Both the position numbers and the translations under genes were made by a program. From Octopus vulgaris (Eukaryota): DNA of 64,000 bases. Positions 24,430-37,734 of this stretch are shown one piece after another. Location of the stretch: contig OX597827.1 of assembly GCA_951406725.2 (NCBI GenBank), positions 14,942,001-15,006,000 on the forward strand, given 5' to 3'. How positions within the stretch are numbered: position 1 is the first letter of the stretch; the number at the start of each line of letters is the position of its first letter. The notes under the pieces are model-generated. The model made no database searches, was not told where the DNA came from, and saw only the letters and a program-made list of their open reading frames with translations.

Positions 24430-24762
24430 CACTACGCCATCTGCCCATGGGCATATGGCATAGTGGTTAAGAGCACAGGCTACTAACCCAAAGATTCTGA
24501 GTTCGATTCCTAGCAGTGACCTGAACACTAACAATAATAATGATAATAATAATAATAATAATAATAATAATTATAATAATAATAATAACATTGAAAAATA
24601 CCTTAGGAATGAGAACCCAGGTTCGAAATTTCCCCAAGACACCTGAAGAAGGCTGGAGGGTATATCAGCTGAAACGTTGTATTAACAACAAACAAGATGA
24701 GGACAAATATCCGTCGAATGTAAATAATGTACATAATTCCTCATCTCTTAAATATAGAACTG
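24430..24762 (+). mobile_element. Family F: tRNA-headed element with hammerhead ribozyme motif
   Basis: TSD aaacaagaa (24421-24429 / 24763-24771). A-box 24456-24466, B-box 24501-24509, then (AAT)n. Short inverted copy of the head at the 5' end. Confidence 0.85.
24638..24683 (+). ncRNA. Putative minimal type I hammerhead ribozyme
   Basis: GACAC-CTGAAGA-A-GGCTG-loop-CAGCT-GAAAC-GTT-GTATT. The other family F copies have GTGTT, which pairs with GACAC. Confidence 0.6.
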
Positions 24763-24877
24763 AAACAAGAAAACACGACTGAAAACAATACCTCCACCTT
24801 CACTAAGGCGGAGGTAATAATAACAACAACAACAATAATAATGACAATGATAATGATAATAATAATAATAATAATTG

Positions 24878-25410
24878 ATGCAGTACCAGGCAGTGGCTCT
24901 CATGGTTTCTGATCTTAACTGATTGGAATTGTTATCGTGTACATTGTTTTGTCTTGGTATAATAGATGGGCTACAGCAAATATTCTGCTCAATACCACAG
25001 ATTTGCTTGTCAATTGTTTGACCTTAACCAGTTGAGCATGTCCCTTAGTGGCTGACGACATGTGCATCTCTGATCACGAGCAGAAGTAGTGAGGGAGCAT
25101 CATAGCCACGTGTTGAGAGGGATTCTTTGGGGTTTGAATAATAAACATCAGGAAACAAGGGTGTTTCATTCAACATTCTTAAACAACCCTTATTCAGGGA
25201 CCAGAAGAAACTCCTAACTGGGCCCCACCTGCAAAGTCATGTGCTGTTTATCTTGATATGAGATCACCATGTCGCGCACATATGGTTGTAATGCATGTGC
25301 CTGGTGTACCTTATCAGACGGGTAGTCATGATGGGTATACTAAGTTTTGTATATTTTACCCCAGTGTCACTTTGATGGCATGCACTGCTCTCTCACTCAA
25401 TAATAATAAT
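24878..25410 (+). mobile_element. LINE-like 3' end with (TAA)n tail (second partial copy 25805-25960)
   Basis: atgagatcaccatgtcgc...ccccagtgtca...ctctctcactcaataataat occurs twice. Inserted in (AAT)n tracts. Confidence 0.55.
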
Positions 25411-25983
25411 GATGATGATGATGATGATGATACACACTATCCCAAAAAGAGCCCTGCTAGGAATAGCCCACATCCTATGCAAGACACTATCAATTCAATA
25501 AAATGCAACCCAGAAACACCAGACACACTCTATACAGCAATTACCCAGTGAAATAAACTGCCACTATCACCCACACTCAACACACAAAACAAGTAGGAAC
25601 ACAACAAAAAAAACCTCAAGTAAAAAAAAGAAAAAAAAAAAACTAACACATTGCAATTCTGGGAAGAGTTTACACACTCCCAACAACAGAAAAAAACCCA
25701 CATAATGCTGCACCCCCACCCCACCCCCCAGCAACATGAAGGTGCAGCAGGTGAGGCAGTAGAAATGTTGAACAGTTATATAATGATAATGATAATAATC
25801 TTGGTATGAGATCATCATGTCGCTCATATACGCTTGTGATGCATTTGCCTGGTGTAGCCTTTTCAGACGGGTAGAAGATGGGTATTTTGGGCTTCGTATA
25901 TTTGTACCCCAGTGTCATTTTGTGTGCTACTCTCTTACTGAATAATAGTAATAGTAATAATAATAACGATGATGATGATGTTG

Positions 25984-26040
<57 letters not shown>

Positions 26041-26132
26041 GTTTCAAATTTTGGTCACAAGACCAGTGATTTTGGAAGACATTTTCATGCAAACGCATAC
26101 ACACACACACGAACACACACACACACGCATGC

Positions 26133-26199
<67 letters not shown>

Positions 26200-26572
26200 C
26201 AAGCAGAATGCCCCCCACCCCGTCCAATGGACAGTGCTGAGTTGCCAAACATTTAAACCAAATTTTCTCAAAACAACTTGTCCGACAGTCCCATAGGCCT
26301 CCCCTTTGAGAAACACTGACTTAACTTAAATTTGGGACACCAGCAAAAGACGGATTTCGACTGATGTACTTGCGCATACAAATGCACGTTCCCACGGCTT
26401 TATCGATCGCATTCTCACCTGGGATCGATTTTTGTAATTTTTTCAAGACTTATACACGCCCTGATACTGTCAGTATCTACATATCAAATTTGAGCGCAAT
26501 CGGATGGAGGATGCCCAAGATCCTAGAAGACACACACACAGACAGACAGAATGGATTTTATATAATAGATAT
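26200..26572 (+). mobile_element. Helitron-like non-autonomous repeat
   Basis: tatcaaatttgagcgcaatcgga...cacacagacagacag...ttttatataatagat end resembles 16975-17069. Confidence 0.45.
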
Positions 26573-26739
26573 ATCTATAAGTCAATTATGAAACGTAAAA
26601 ATATGTACAAACAGACACAAGCTAATAAATATTTCAAAATGTTAGTTCATGTTACATCCTATTTTCAAGTTGTCATATGTCTTGAAACCAATTATTAACA
26701 CAAGTTGGGGTATTCCTGTGTATATATATAGTTGAAACT

Positions 26740-26920
26740 TATAGAAAAACAAAGGCTGAAGACAGGTGAAGGAACAACAAGCAGGTGTATTAGTTTGATG
26801 CTCAGGAAAATGGGAAAGTCTTTTATGTTTCGAGCCTATGCTCTTCAACAGAAAGGAATAAGAGAAAATAAACAGAGAGAATGAAAAGAAACTTGTAGAT
26901 TTAGCGGGCAAGCATGGCGA
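26740..26920 (-). mobile_element. Small repeat with variant hammerhead motif (family also at 34960 and 57735)
   Basis: Shared gatgtattagt..aacgctcagg...gtcttttacgtttcgagcctacgctcttctacagaaagg. Confidence 0.65.
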
Positions 26921-27414
26921 ACAATTAGAAAAAGTTTAAAAGAGGTTGAAAGAAAGGGAGATAATAAAGTGCTGGTGATCCCAAACAAAGGTGTGTGTGT
27001 ATGTAAGAATGGTTTGTGTGAATATATAAGTGTGTCTGTGAGAATAGGGGCTAGTAATTCTGATGTGCTCAGACGGAAGAATTGGGAATAGGGAATGGAG
27101 AGCTTGATGTGGGTAGGATGGGAGGAGAAGAAGTTAAGGCAGGAGTGTGAGTCAGTGTGTTTGTAGTGGATGGAGGTAGTGAGAGCAGAATGGTGAATAC
27201 TGACAGAAATATTGAGAAATTTGGCAGGGACTCTCCCATCGGTTTTGATGCACAAGGATCTGACCACAAACACTTTTTTTTAGTCAGTCATAATGCTTAT
27301 GTCAACTGTGACATCCGAGTCCAGCCAATGATTTGCAAAGAACTCTGCAGAAGTTGCAAGTATGAAGATTACAGGTCAGTACAAGCGGCACATGTATATA
27401 TATCATATATTTGT

Positions 27415-27454
<40 letters not shown>

Positions 27455-27455
<1 letters not shown>

Positions 27456-27577
27456 ACCGTGATCACCGTGACCGACCAGGCTATCAGATGTTGCTACACA
27501 TCGCTGGTCACAATGCGTTTCGCATTGTTCTAGCCTTCAAATGGTGCCACCCCGCTGGCTAAGCGAGCAGGCCAACA
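27455..27577 (-). mobile_element. SINE family D 3' fragment
   Basis: Match to family D tail. Confidence 0.8.
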
Positions 27578-28377
27578 TATATATATATATATTTATATAT
27601 ATACACACACACATGTATACATACATATATACATACATATACATACATACATACATACATACATACATACATACATACATTACACACATATTATATATTT
27701 AGTAACTGCAGTAACATCATCCACACCATGCTGTCAAACTGGTGAACTGGTATGTCCAGGTATTCAAGATACAGTGAGTATCAGCAATCTTATACAACAG
27801 ATAAGAGTACCAGGCTTGTGTTATTACATTCTAAATGTGTTTTATGACAGTTGACAGATATTGTCCAACTGGGAACTGATAAATATCAGCAGAATGGGAA
27901 ATTCAGAAGGGCTGGATGTGATAACCTTTATTAGCTCCTGCTCCCAACTCTGACAAAAATGCAAAACGGAAGAGATATTATCTACAAACTGTGCCCGTGT
28001 AACACAGTTACGTGATTGCAAGAAGTTAGATATGAGGCATATTTCATTCAAAAGTTTCAAGATGTTGTAGTCTATAAAATACAATTTTGATACAAATTCT
28101 AGCACGTATATATTCATGCACATACATACATTCACACACAAACACACGGAGATATCTTAAGATATTTATTTATGCACGCACACACACACACACACACAAA
28201 CACACACCAACAAACACACACATATGCATGTGTGATGTATATGTCTGTATATATACATGTGTGTGTGAGTATGTATATATATATGTGTGTATACATATAC
28301 ATATATATGTATGTATATATATTATATATATATATACATACATACATATATATACATACATACATATATATATATAT

Positions 28378-28608
28378 GGTGTTGAGCTAGAAGAAACGTT
28401 AGCACGCCGGGCGAAATGCTTTGCGGTATTTCGTCTGTCGTTACATTCTGAGTTCAAATTCCGTCGAGGTCGACTTTTGCCTTTCATCCTTTCAGAGTCG
28501 ATAAATTAAGTACCAGTTTCGCACTGGGATCGATGTAATCGACTTAATCCCTTTGTCTGTCCTTGTTTGTCCCCTCTATGTTTAGCCCCTTGTGGGCAAT
28601 AAAGAAAT
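28378..28608 (+). mobile_element. SINE family A
   Basis: Match to family A. Confidence 0.85.
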
Positions 28609-28682
28609 ATATATATATGCTTATATAAAAATGAATAACAGAGTCAAGAAAGAGGAGTACATTCATACAGCTATTTAATAAA

Positions 28683-28790
28683 CACTACACATGTTTCGAT
28701 ACAATATAGATCAACATATATACAGGATTTAAATTTGATTTAAGCAACAGTTTACCTGCATAATGGGACCCAGTTGTATCTCCTCAGGTG
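28683..28790 (-). ncRNA. Putative type I hammerhead ribozyme with long stem II
   Basis: Minus strand CAC-CTGAGGA-GATACAA...(long hairpin)...TTGTATC-GAAAC-ATGT-GTA-GTG, with all core residues intact. Confidence 0.7.
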
Positions 28791-28857
28791 ATATATAATC
28801 ACTGTCCCCGCGAGTAAATCTTTGACTTTGATGCTATCACATCCAACTAACTCTTTA

Positions 28858-28898
<41 letters not shown>

Positions 28899-28899
28899 T

Positions 28900-29173
28900 A
28901 GTTGTGGCCATTGCCACCTGACTGGCTCCCCATGCCAGTGGGATGTAAAAAGTATCCTCCGAACATGGTCAATGCCAGTGCCTCCTGACTGGCTCCCATA
29001 CCAATGGCACATAAAAAGTACCCACAACATTCTCAGCATGGTTGGTGTTAGGAAGGGCATCCAGCTGTAAAAACCTTGCCAGATCAAATTGGAGCCTGGT
29101 GCAACCTACTAGCTTGTCAGTCCTCAGTCAAACCAGCTGACCCATGACAGTATGGAAAGTGGGCATTAAATGT

Positions 29174-29207
<34 letters not shown>

Positions 29208-29215
29208 AATGATGA
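28900..29215 (+). mobile_element. Diverged RTE-LINE 3' end with (GAT)n tail
   Basis: ggttggtgttaggaagggcatccagctgta...atggaaagtgggcattaaatg matches the 7506 element tail. Confidence 0.75.
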
Positions 29216-32035
29216 CATTATATATATACATACATACATACATACATACATATACAGTAACAATTATCTCCACGAAAAGAGTACTCAATACAATGTAGAA
29301 TAATTAATAGTTATATTATATTAAAACAGTATAAAATGGAAACTGCGCTACTTCAGGTATTCGGTTCCTGAATTGCATAGAAATGCCCCTGGCATGCTAA
29401 GAATTCAGTAGGTGATTAGACAGAGCTCAAGATTTCAAATTCCAACCAACAAGTGAAAGATGGCCATTTGAATTTTGAATGCTGAGCAGTGCTTGATGAG
29501 CCTCTGAATTCAAAGTATCTCCTGGACGTTGTTATGCATTTCAGGGAGTGAAACATAAAAGTAGCAAATGACCAAATAAAGAGTAGAATAAAACTATTTG
29601 ATAATCATAATTTGAATGAAATTCTACAGTTAGATCATTATCCATTTGATTGCCTACATTGACATGAAACTTCAAATCATGGATGAATGGTCATCTTTAA
29701 CTATTCAACATATATATTGATATGAGATTTTGTGTTGAAACTAAATGTACTACATAATGGAAAATAAATTTAGTAACAAATAAAGATATTCAGTTCACTT
29801 CAAATTTTAATTCATTTCAAGAAATTTCCGACTTTTTGTCACCCATTTGTGAGTAGGCCACTGATACAGCAACTGCACGAAATTTTATTATATACAGATG
29901 TAGGAATTTCTTTTCTTATTGTTGTATTTCGGAATGGTCATTTTGCCAGTTTATCCAATAAAAACACACGCACTATATATTTGGTGTCACTTTGCTGCAC
30001 CGTTATTCAATTTTTACATTAATCTTAATTTAGTTCTTTCGTCACACTCCTGTGACCTCATCAGTGGTCCTTTGCTTTCTTCTTTCTTATTTGTGTGTCT
30101 CTCCTTACTAACGGTCAACCATTTTATATTTTGTATTCCTATTGTATGTGTCTTCATTTGCGCATGCGTATACCTCTATGTGTGTCTATTTCTTTTCTGT
30201 TTTTCCTTTTTAATTTAGTTCTCATATCTCTTTTGCTCTAAAAGCACCAGTGCCTATTCAGAAATCAGTGTTGAATAAACAAATGAAATAATTTTTAATG
30301 CTTCTTGATTTTGGATTGAATAAGTTGTATGTAGATATATAGAAGCATTGTCAATATCCCATATTTAATGTATGTGTGTTAGTAAACACTATAATACTGT
30401 TGTATTTTATCCAAGGGGAAATCCCTTCCAAGACTTATTGTGTTTAAAAACACAGCATAGCTCAAAATTAGGTGAAACAAAATCATCCCTGAAGTGAAAG
30501 AGAGTGACAGGTATTGCTATTTCACAGTCATTTCCACTCTTCAGTGCCACACACTTGTGCACTTCTGAAACAACTTATGCCTGTTAGACATATGGGTGCA
30601 AATAGTGTAAAATGTATTTGCTGGTGTACAAAAGCGTTGCTCAAGGAAAATAAAATACAAATTTTCTGTTTGAAGCAACATAATAAGGTAAGCATCATCA
30701 ATATCACATATTTAGTGTATGTGTGTAAGTAAAAACTATGAAACTATAGTATTTCATTCAGGGCAGACCCTGTTAAAGACATATTATGTTGTGCAATGCT
30801 TTTACACACCATTAAATAAATTTTATACTATTTGTATACTGATATGTGTCATTGCAGAGATGGAGAAGTGTGTGACACTGAAAAATGGAAATGAATATGA
30901 GATATTGATATGTGTCATTCTTTTACACAGATGGGGCAATTTCATTTTACCTGCCTTCAAGGTATGCTGCAATATTAAACATATGTCTTTAAAGGGGTCG
31001 CCCCTGGACAAAGATATCACACCTTTATAGTATATACAAACACACACATTAAGTATGTTGTATTGATAATCTTTACTTTATTAAGCTGCTTAAAACACAA
31101 AATTTGAATTTCATATAAAATATATAATTTTTAAACAAGAATATTTTGACTGTAAACAAGAATATTTTGACAGTAAAACCTTTACTCACTTCCATAAATT
31201 CAAACATCAGGTACCTGTACAGCAACAAATCGACATTTATAAGGCCATCAAAAAAAAAATTAATCACAAAGAACCAAATCAAAGATTGTCATGAGAGTAC
31301 ATAGAGGTACCTCAATCCATTTCTTTCTGGCATTCAAAATCAGTGAGCTGCAAATAACCACGACAAAAGTAGTGTGTGTGTGTGTGTAATGTGTTTGATG
31401 TGTTTGAGAGATGAGCATTGGATTTCTATGAACTTGAACCCCAAAACATGTGGCTACAAAGTGAGATTCCAAAACCACACAACCATGCCTGCATGTAAAT
31501 ACCGAGGTTTAATATAACCATTGTGTCACATCCATTTTACACTAGAAATACTAACAAATGCTTGCAATGATTTGGAGACGTTGACTGAATTATGAAGATA
31601 TATAATGTCAGAGGTGAAGACTCTAGATAGAGAATGTTCAGATTTTGATACTCTTCTAAAAGACAAAGAATCCTACAGAATAATACAAACAATAATCAAC
31701 AATGGGTAAACAGGAACAAAATTTAACATTGTAAATACATCGTAGACCAAACCTGTTAAAAATTAAACAAACTACATATAAGTTGTATTACACGAATCTG
31801 ATACACTTTTGCTACAAAGAAAAGAATTAACACGTAATGACGATTTCCATTTCTCTCTGCTACATTTTCTGTTTTAGCACAGCACATCCAAAAGAGACGT
31901 TATCTCTGGATAAATACCACAATAAATTGCTTTTCAGACAGAGAAACGATATATATATACATATATATACATATATATTTATATATGTATATCTATCTAT
32001 CTATATATATTTATATATGTATATCTATCTATCTA

Positions 32036-32111
<76 letters not shown>

Positions 32112-32304
32112 ATATAAATGTATTTATATATTTATACATATATATATATACATATATATATGTAATATATGTATGTATTTTATATATATATATATATATA
32201 TATAAATATGTGTGTGTGTATGTATGTAGTAATATATATAATATAATATATTATAATATAATATAGCATATACATATTTATATATTTATATATATATGTT
32301 GTTC

Positions 32305-32400
32305 CCATGTCTGAAGAATTCATTATAGGAAATTTCTTACATGTTTATCAAACATGTAAAACTTTGTAAGTCCTATTAGAAAATGAAACATGTGTAATGG
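32305..32400 (+). ncRNA. Putative type I hammerhead ribozyme (long stem II)
   Basis: ccat-gt-CTGAAGA(32311)-...-GAAAC(32385)-ATGT-GTA-atgg, followed by AATAAA. Confidence 0.5.
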
Positions 32401-33351
32401 TGAATAAATTATACCGAAAAAATTTCCAACAATGGAAAATAAATGCAAAAACATAGGCAAAGAAAAACCAAAATACAGACTTCTGGAAGATATGTGTGAA
32501 TTTGTAGGTGGCCATATTGTTCTAATGACACATTTATCATAATGAAAGTTCCTGATTATGGACTTGGTGGTGCCTTGGGAAGCTGATGCATAGTATACAC
32601 ATGAAAATCTATGAGGAGACACACGGCTTAGTGGTTATGATGTAAGACACATGCTCATAAGACATATGATTGTTAGGTTGTGGTTTTGATTCCTGGACCA
32701 GGTAACACTTCATTTCACATTGCTCAAGTCCACTCAGTAGACAGGAATGAATAATCCTGCAATGCCTGGAGTATAGTTCAAGGGAGAATACATATACCAG
32801 AGAAACTGGGAAACTGGACTATGATCCTTCAAGAATAATGTGGATTAACGATACGCATGAGAGGAAGTGCCCGAAATACGAGGAAGTCAGAGTCAAATGA
32901 GGTATGAAAATGACAATGTACAGTATTTCCAGCAGAGCTTTGATGTCAGGTTTACAGGTAGATCCATAAGATCTTACCTGGTTAGTAGTGGAATTGGGAT
33001 GAATAACAGCAGGGATTTGCAAATGGTTGAAGTCACTGTCTTACTGTTTCAATCAGAGTATCAGATGTTATATACTGCAGGTCACGATGTTCTTCCTCAC
33101 ATTGTAGCTTTCAAATGATGCTACCCTGCTGGATAGGCAGGCAGGCTGGCATTTTCCCTGAACAGGACATCAGCCTAATGCAGGGTTACCCATTTTTAGC
33201 TGAGTGGATTGGAGCCACATGTAATAAAGTAGGGTTTTTTTTTTCTCAGTAATACAACTCATCACCGGTCTGGAAATTGAAACTCTGATCTAGCAATCAT
33301 GAGTGTTACATGCCTTCACATATAAATATGCTTAGAGTAAGAACAAAGCTG

Positions 33352-33638
33352 TGTGGTTAGAGCAGCACACTCGTGGTCAAGGGATCACAGGTTCGAATCT
33401 CAGACTGGGTGATGTCTGTGTTTATGAACGAAACACTTAAGCTCCATGCTGCTCTGGCAAAGGTAATGGCAAACCTCTGCTGACTCTTTTGCCACAACTT
33501 TCTCTCACTCTTTCCTCCTGCATCTAGCAGCTCACCTCTGACAGACCGACGTCCCATCCAGGTGAGGAACCTAGACACCAATGAAACCAGGAAACCAGAC
33601 CTTATGAACCAGGCATGGCTCGAGATGGAACAAACAAC
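33352..33638 (+). mobile_element. SINE family E
   Basis: Match to 19761-20050. TSD aagaac(a/g)aagctg. Confidence 0.85.
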
Positions 33639-33914
33639 AAGAACGAAGCTGAAAGTGTAAAGAATAGGTCCTCCGTAAGTAGTTAAATAAAATAGTTGTT
33701 TGGTGGCCATAACTGACCGACCCTGGTTTGTTGAGTGCAGAAAGTTATTACTGTACAGGTGAATCCTGCAATAGGCTTGGGAGAAGCCACGGAAAGACAG
33801 GAAAATACAAGACGATCCTTATACAAGATTATCTTTCAGTTTGCTAAAGCAATGTAGCACTGAGTTCTGATTTTATAGTCTTGTTACTGTTACAGCAATA
33901 TGGTATCTGTGCAT

Positions 33915-34207
33915 GTGTCGTCGTCATTGTCGTCATCATCATCATCACTATCATCATCATCACCACCACCACCACCACCACCAACACCACTACCACCACC
34001 ATCATCATCCTCATCATCATCACCACCATCATCATCATCACCACCACCACCACCACCACCACCACTACCACCATCATCATCACCATCATCATCATCACCA
34101 TCATCCTCATGATCATCATCATCACCACCACCACCACCACCACCACCACTACCACCACCATCATCATCATCATCATCATCACCACCATTATCATCATCAC
34201 CACCACC

Positions 34208-34241
<34 letters not shown>

Positions 34242-34445
34242 TCATCATCACCATCACCATCATCACCATCACCATCATCCTCATGATCATCATCATCACC
34301 ACCACAACCATCATCACCATCATCACCATCACCCTCCTCCTCCTCCTCCTCCTCCTCCTCCTTCATCATCCATCATCATCATCATCACCATCATCATCAC
34401 CATTATCATCATCATCATCATCATCGTCGTCGTCGTCGCCATCGT
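33915..34445. repeat. Compound (CAT/CAC/CCT)n trinucleotide tract
   Basis: Direct inspection. Confidence 0.95.
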
Positions 34446-34955
34446 ATTTTAATGCCATCTTTTCTATGCTTTTCTATGCATCAGAGAATCTGTTGAGGTA
34501 GATTTTTTTTCTAGTCAGATGCCCTTCATGTCACCAATCCTCACCTGTTTCCAAGCAAGGAATTTTTCCCCCCATAGCCAGAGATAATTTCCATGCAAGA
34601 TTATAAAAATGATTAGAAACACTGCTTGTGCTATGAAGATACTCATTTACAACTATTGTGTAATATTGTTAAGACAAGGAGACACAAGCACACACACACA
34701 CACACACACAATGAGCTTCTTTTAGTTTTCCTTTACTAATTCCACTGACAAGGCTTTGGTTCGCCCTTGGTCTTCAGTAGATGTCATGAACCCAAAACGC
34801 CATGCAGTGGGCCTATGAGCCTAACCCAAAACTACACAACCATGCCTGCACCTAAATATATATATATGTAAGTGTATATATGGATATACATGTGTATATG
34901 TATATGAGTGTGTGTACATAAATATATATGTATATACATACATATATATGCATAT

Positions 34956-35148
34956 ATAGGGAGAGCTTACGAAGAAAACAAAAGATGAAGACAGGTGGTG
35001 TACAAAACAAACAGATGTATTAGTATAACGCTCAGGAAAAGAAAAAGTCTTTTACGTTTCGAGCCTACACTCTTCTACAGAAAGGGACACAGGAAAAACA
35101 AGGAGAGAAAAAAATGTGTGCAGTGGCTAACGATCTATCATGGCGACA
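34956..35148 (-). mobile_element. Small repeat with variant hammerhead motif
   Basis: Near-identical to 57735-57917. Confidence 0.7.
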
Positions 35149-35684
35149 CACACACACTTATATATGTCACCTGTGATGTTGACTTTTCCTAAGGAAATGT
35201 TTATCAGCTTCTACTCCATCAACTGTGGTGATCTTGATAGTTTTCTTTTGGACAAAGTTGAGTTAGTCAAGAATTAAAGGTCAAGCAAACATCCATAATA
35301 GAAAGGCATACTCCATGATAGTACATATGTATACATGTATAAAAGTGTATGTGTGTGTGAGTGTGTATGAATGCATGCACACATGTTCACATGTATGTAT
35401 TTATGCGCTTAAGGTTACAGGCATATACATATGTACATATGCATGCATATATTATATATGTATATATATGTATGTATTCTTTTACTTGTTTCAGTCATTT
35501 GACTGCAGCCATGCAGGGGCGCTGTCTTTAGCTGAGCAACTCAACCCCAGGACTTATTCTTTGTGAGCCTAGTACTTATTCTGTTGGTCTATTTTGCCAA
35601 ATCACTAAGTTGACAATCTTTTTCTGAAAAAGTGAAACCGGTCAAGTGAATAAACACCTTTTAAAATTGCATTTTCAAACCTTC

Positions 35685-35720
<36 letters not shown>

Positions 35721-36091
35721 CATACACATATACACACACACATGCACACATACAAACTACACACACACAAATATATACAATTATCATCATCATAATCACT
35801 ATTCTAATGTCCTCATTTACATGCTTGCATGGGCCAAATGGAATTCATTGAGATAGATTTTCTATTGCCAGAGAGTCCTCCTGCCACCAAATCTCTCCCG
35901 ATTCCAAGTTTGGTAATATTTCCACCATGGCTGGACATATTCTTTCCCAAAACATTGGAAACAAATAACACCATTGGTCTGATGGCAATTCATGTTTGCG
36001 ACCATCATGCAATGGCAAGACATACTGGCAGAAACACACATACACACACATGCTTACACATACTTATGCATACATGCATATGCATATATAT

Positions 36092-36237
36092 TCATCATCA
36101 TCATCGTTTAACGTCAGCTTTCCATGCTAGCATGGGTTGGACGATTTGACTGAGGTCTGGCAAACCAGATGGCTGCAGCAGGCCCCAATCTGATCTGGTA
36201 GAGTTTCTACAGCTGGATGCCCTTCCTAATGCCAACA

Positions 36238-36238
<1 letters not shown>
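36092..36238 (-). mobile_element. RTE-LINE 3' end fragment
   Basis: (CAT)n-tttaacgtc-tttccatgctagcatgggttggacg. Confidence 0.8.
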
Positions 36239-36297
<59 letters not shown>

Positions 36298-37321
36298 CAG
36301 GTGTCTTTGAGTTTCCACCCACCTAATCCACTTATTACGTTTCAGTCAATCCAGGATTGTAATAGTAGGGAAACTTGTTCAAGGTGCCACACAATAGAAC
36401 TGAACCCAAATCCAAATGATTGGGTACCAAACAGCTTAACAAGACAACTATATGTATGTTTATGAATTTTTATAAGGAGCCTGTTTGAAATACTTAACTG
36501 TAGTGACATCAAGGTAATATGCTACATTATAACTGAATATCAAACATAATACTGAAAGCCTGTTGCTTAAAGAATTTGTGAAGGTCCCTATGGAATAGAT
36601 CAGAAGCTTGTGAATTGCAGTTTCAGGGCAAAGGTAATCTATCATCTCTATACAAACTGTTGTAAACAAAGAATGATATGTCATTTAAAAAGTGTAAAAT
36701 ATATAAATCTATTAAGTCTCCAAATTCAGAAGAATATTTTGCCCCCATACTCAAATCAAATTTTTCTATGCTCCACATTTCTATTCAGATAACAGAGCTG
36801 CAAAAATCTTCACAGACACATTTCTGTTACACCAAATATTTCTCTGCATAATTATGCATAAAACTTGTAACTATTCATATTTAATGTTAATATCCATTGC
36901 CATCCTTTTCATGATGAATCTGGATATTCAACACGTGTACACAGGAAGTACTGGGAAAGGGAAACTTGGTGTGGGTGATGTTTCATATTTGCTGTACAGC
37001 AATACTATGAAGCTACAATCCTAATGGGATATAACCACTTAGCAAAACAGTATTCTCTTAGCATATCACCTGACTAACCTCTAATGTAACTATGAACAAT
37101 AAAAATTAGAACCAGTATAATGTTAAAAAAGTGAAACAACTCAAAAGAGGAAAGTAATAAGAAGTAGAGTCCTTAATGAGAAAATGACCCATGCATTTTA
37201 TGTAACTGGGTAATTTCTCTCATCGGATGGCAGTCAAATATTCCTATGATTTCGAGACTTTATGGGCATGTGTGTGTTTATGTACGTATGTAAATGTATA
37301 CATACATATATATATATATAT

Positions 37322-37712
37322 TACTCTCTCTCTTTTACTCTTTTACTTGTTTCAGTCATTTGACTGCGGCCATGCTGGAGCACCACCTTTTAGTACTTAT
37401 TCTAGCCCGGTACTTATTCTATCGGTCTCTTTTGCCGAACCGCTAAGTGACGGGGACCTAAACACACCAGCATCGGTTGTCAAGCAATGCTAGGGGGACA
37501 AACACAGACACACAAACACACACACATATACATATATATACATATATACGACAGGCTTCTTTCAGTTTCCGTCTACCAAATCCACTCACAAGGCTTTGGT
37601 CGGCCCGGGGCTATAGCAGAAGACACTTGCCCAAGATGCCACGCAGTGGGACTGAACCCGCAACCATGTGGCTGGTTAGCAAGCTACTTACCACACAGCC
37701 ACTCCTGCGCCT
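37322..37712 (-). mobile_element. SINE family B
   Basis: Match to family B. Confidence 0.9.
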
Positions 37713-37734
37713 ATATATATATATAAATTTATAA

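Larger units (their letters stand above)
24095..24818 (+). mobile_element. Helitron/Helentron-like non-autonomous element (hosts the family F insertion)
   Basis: 3' hairpin acctccaccttcactaaggcggaggt, related subterminal aacctctgccaa near 24118, internal (caaa)n microsatellite. Confidence 0.5.

Noticed and set aside
24456-24525. Genuine tRNA gene (also heads at 12411, 19764, 6800)
   Set aside because: No proper acceptor stem, and each head continues into a repeated body with TSDs, so these are SINE heads.
33844-34501. Poly-His/Asp/Met/Ser ORFs (also 53037-53712)
   Set aside because: Trinucleotide (CAT/CAC)n tracts open in several frames, with no domain or splice support.
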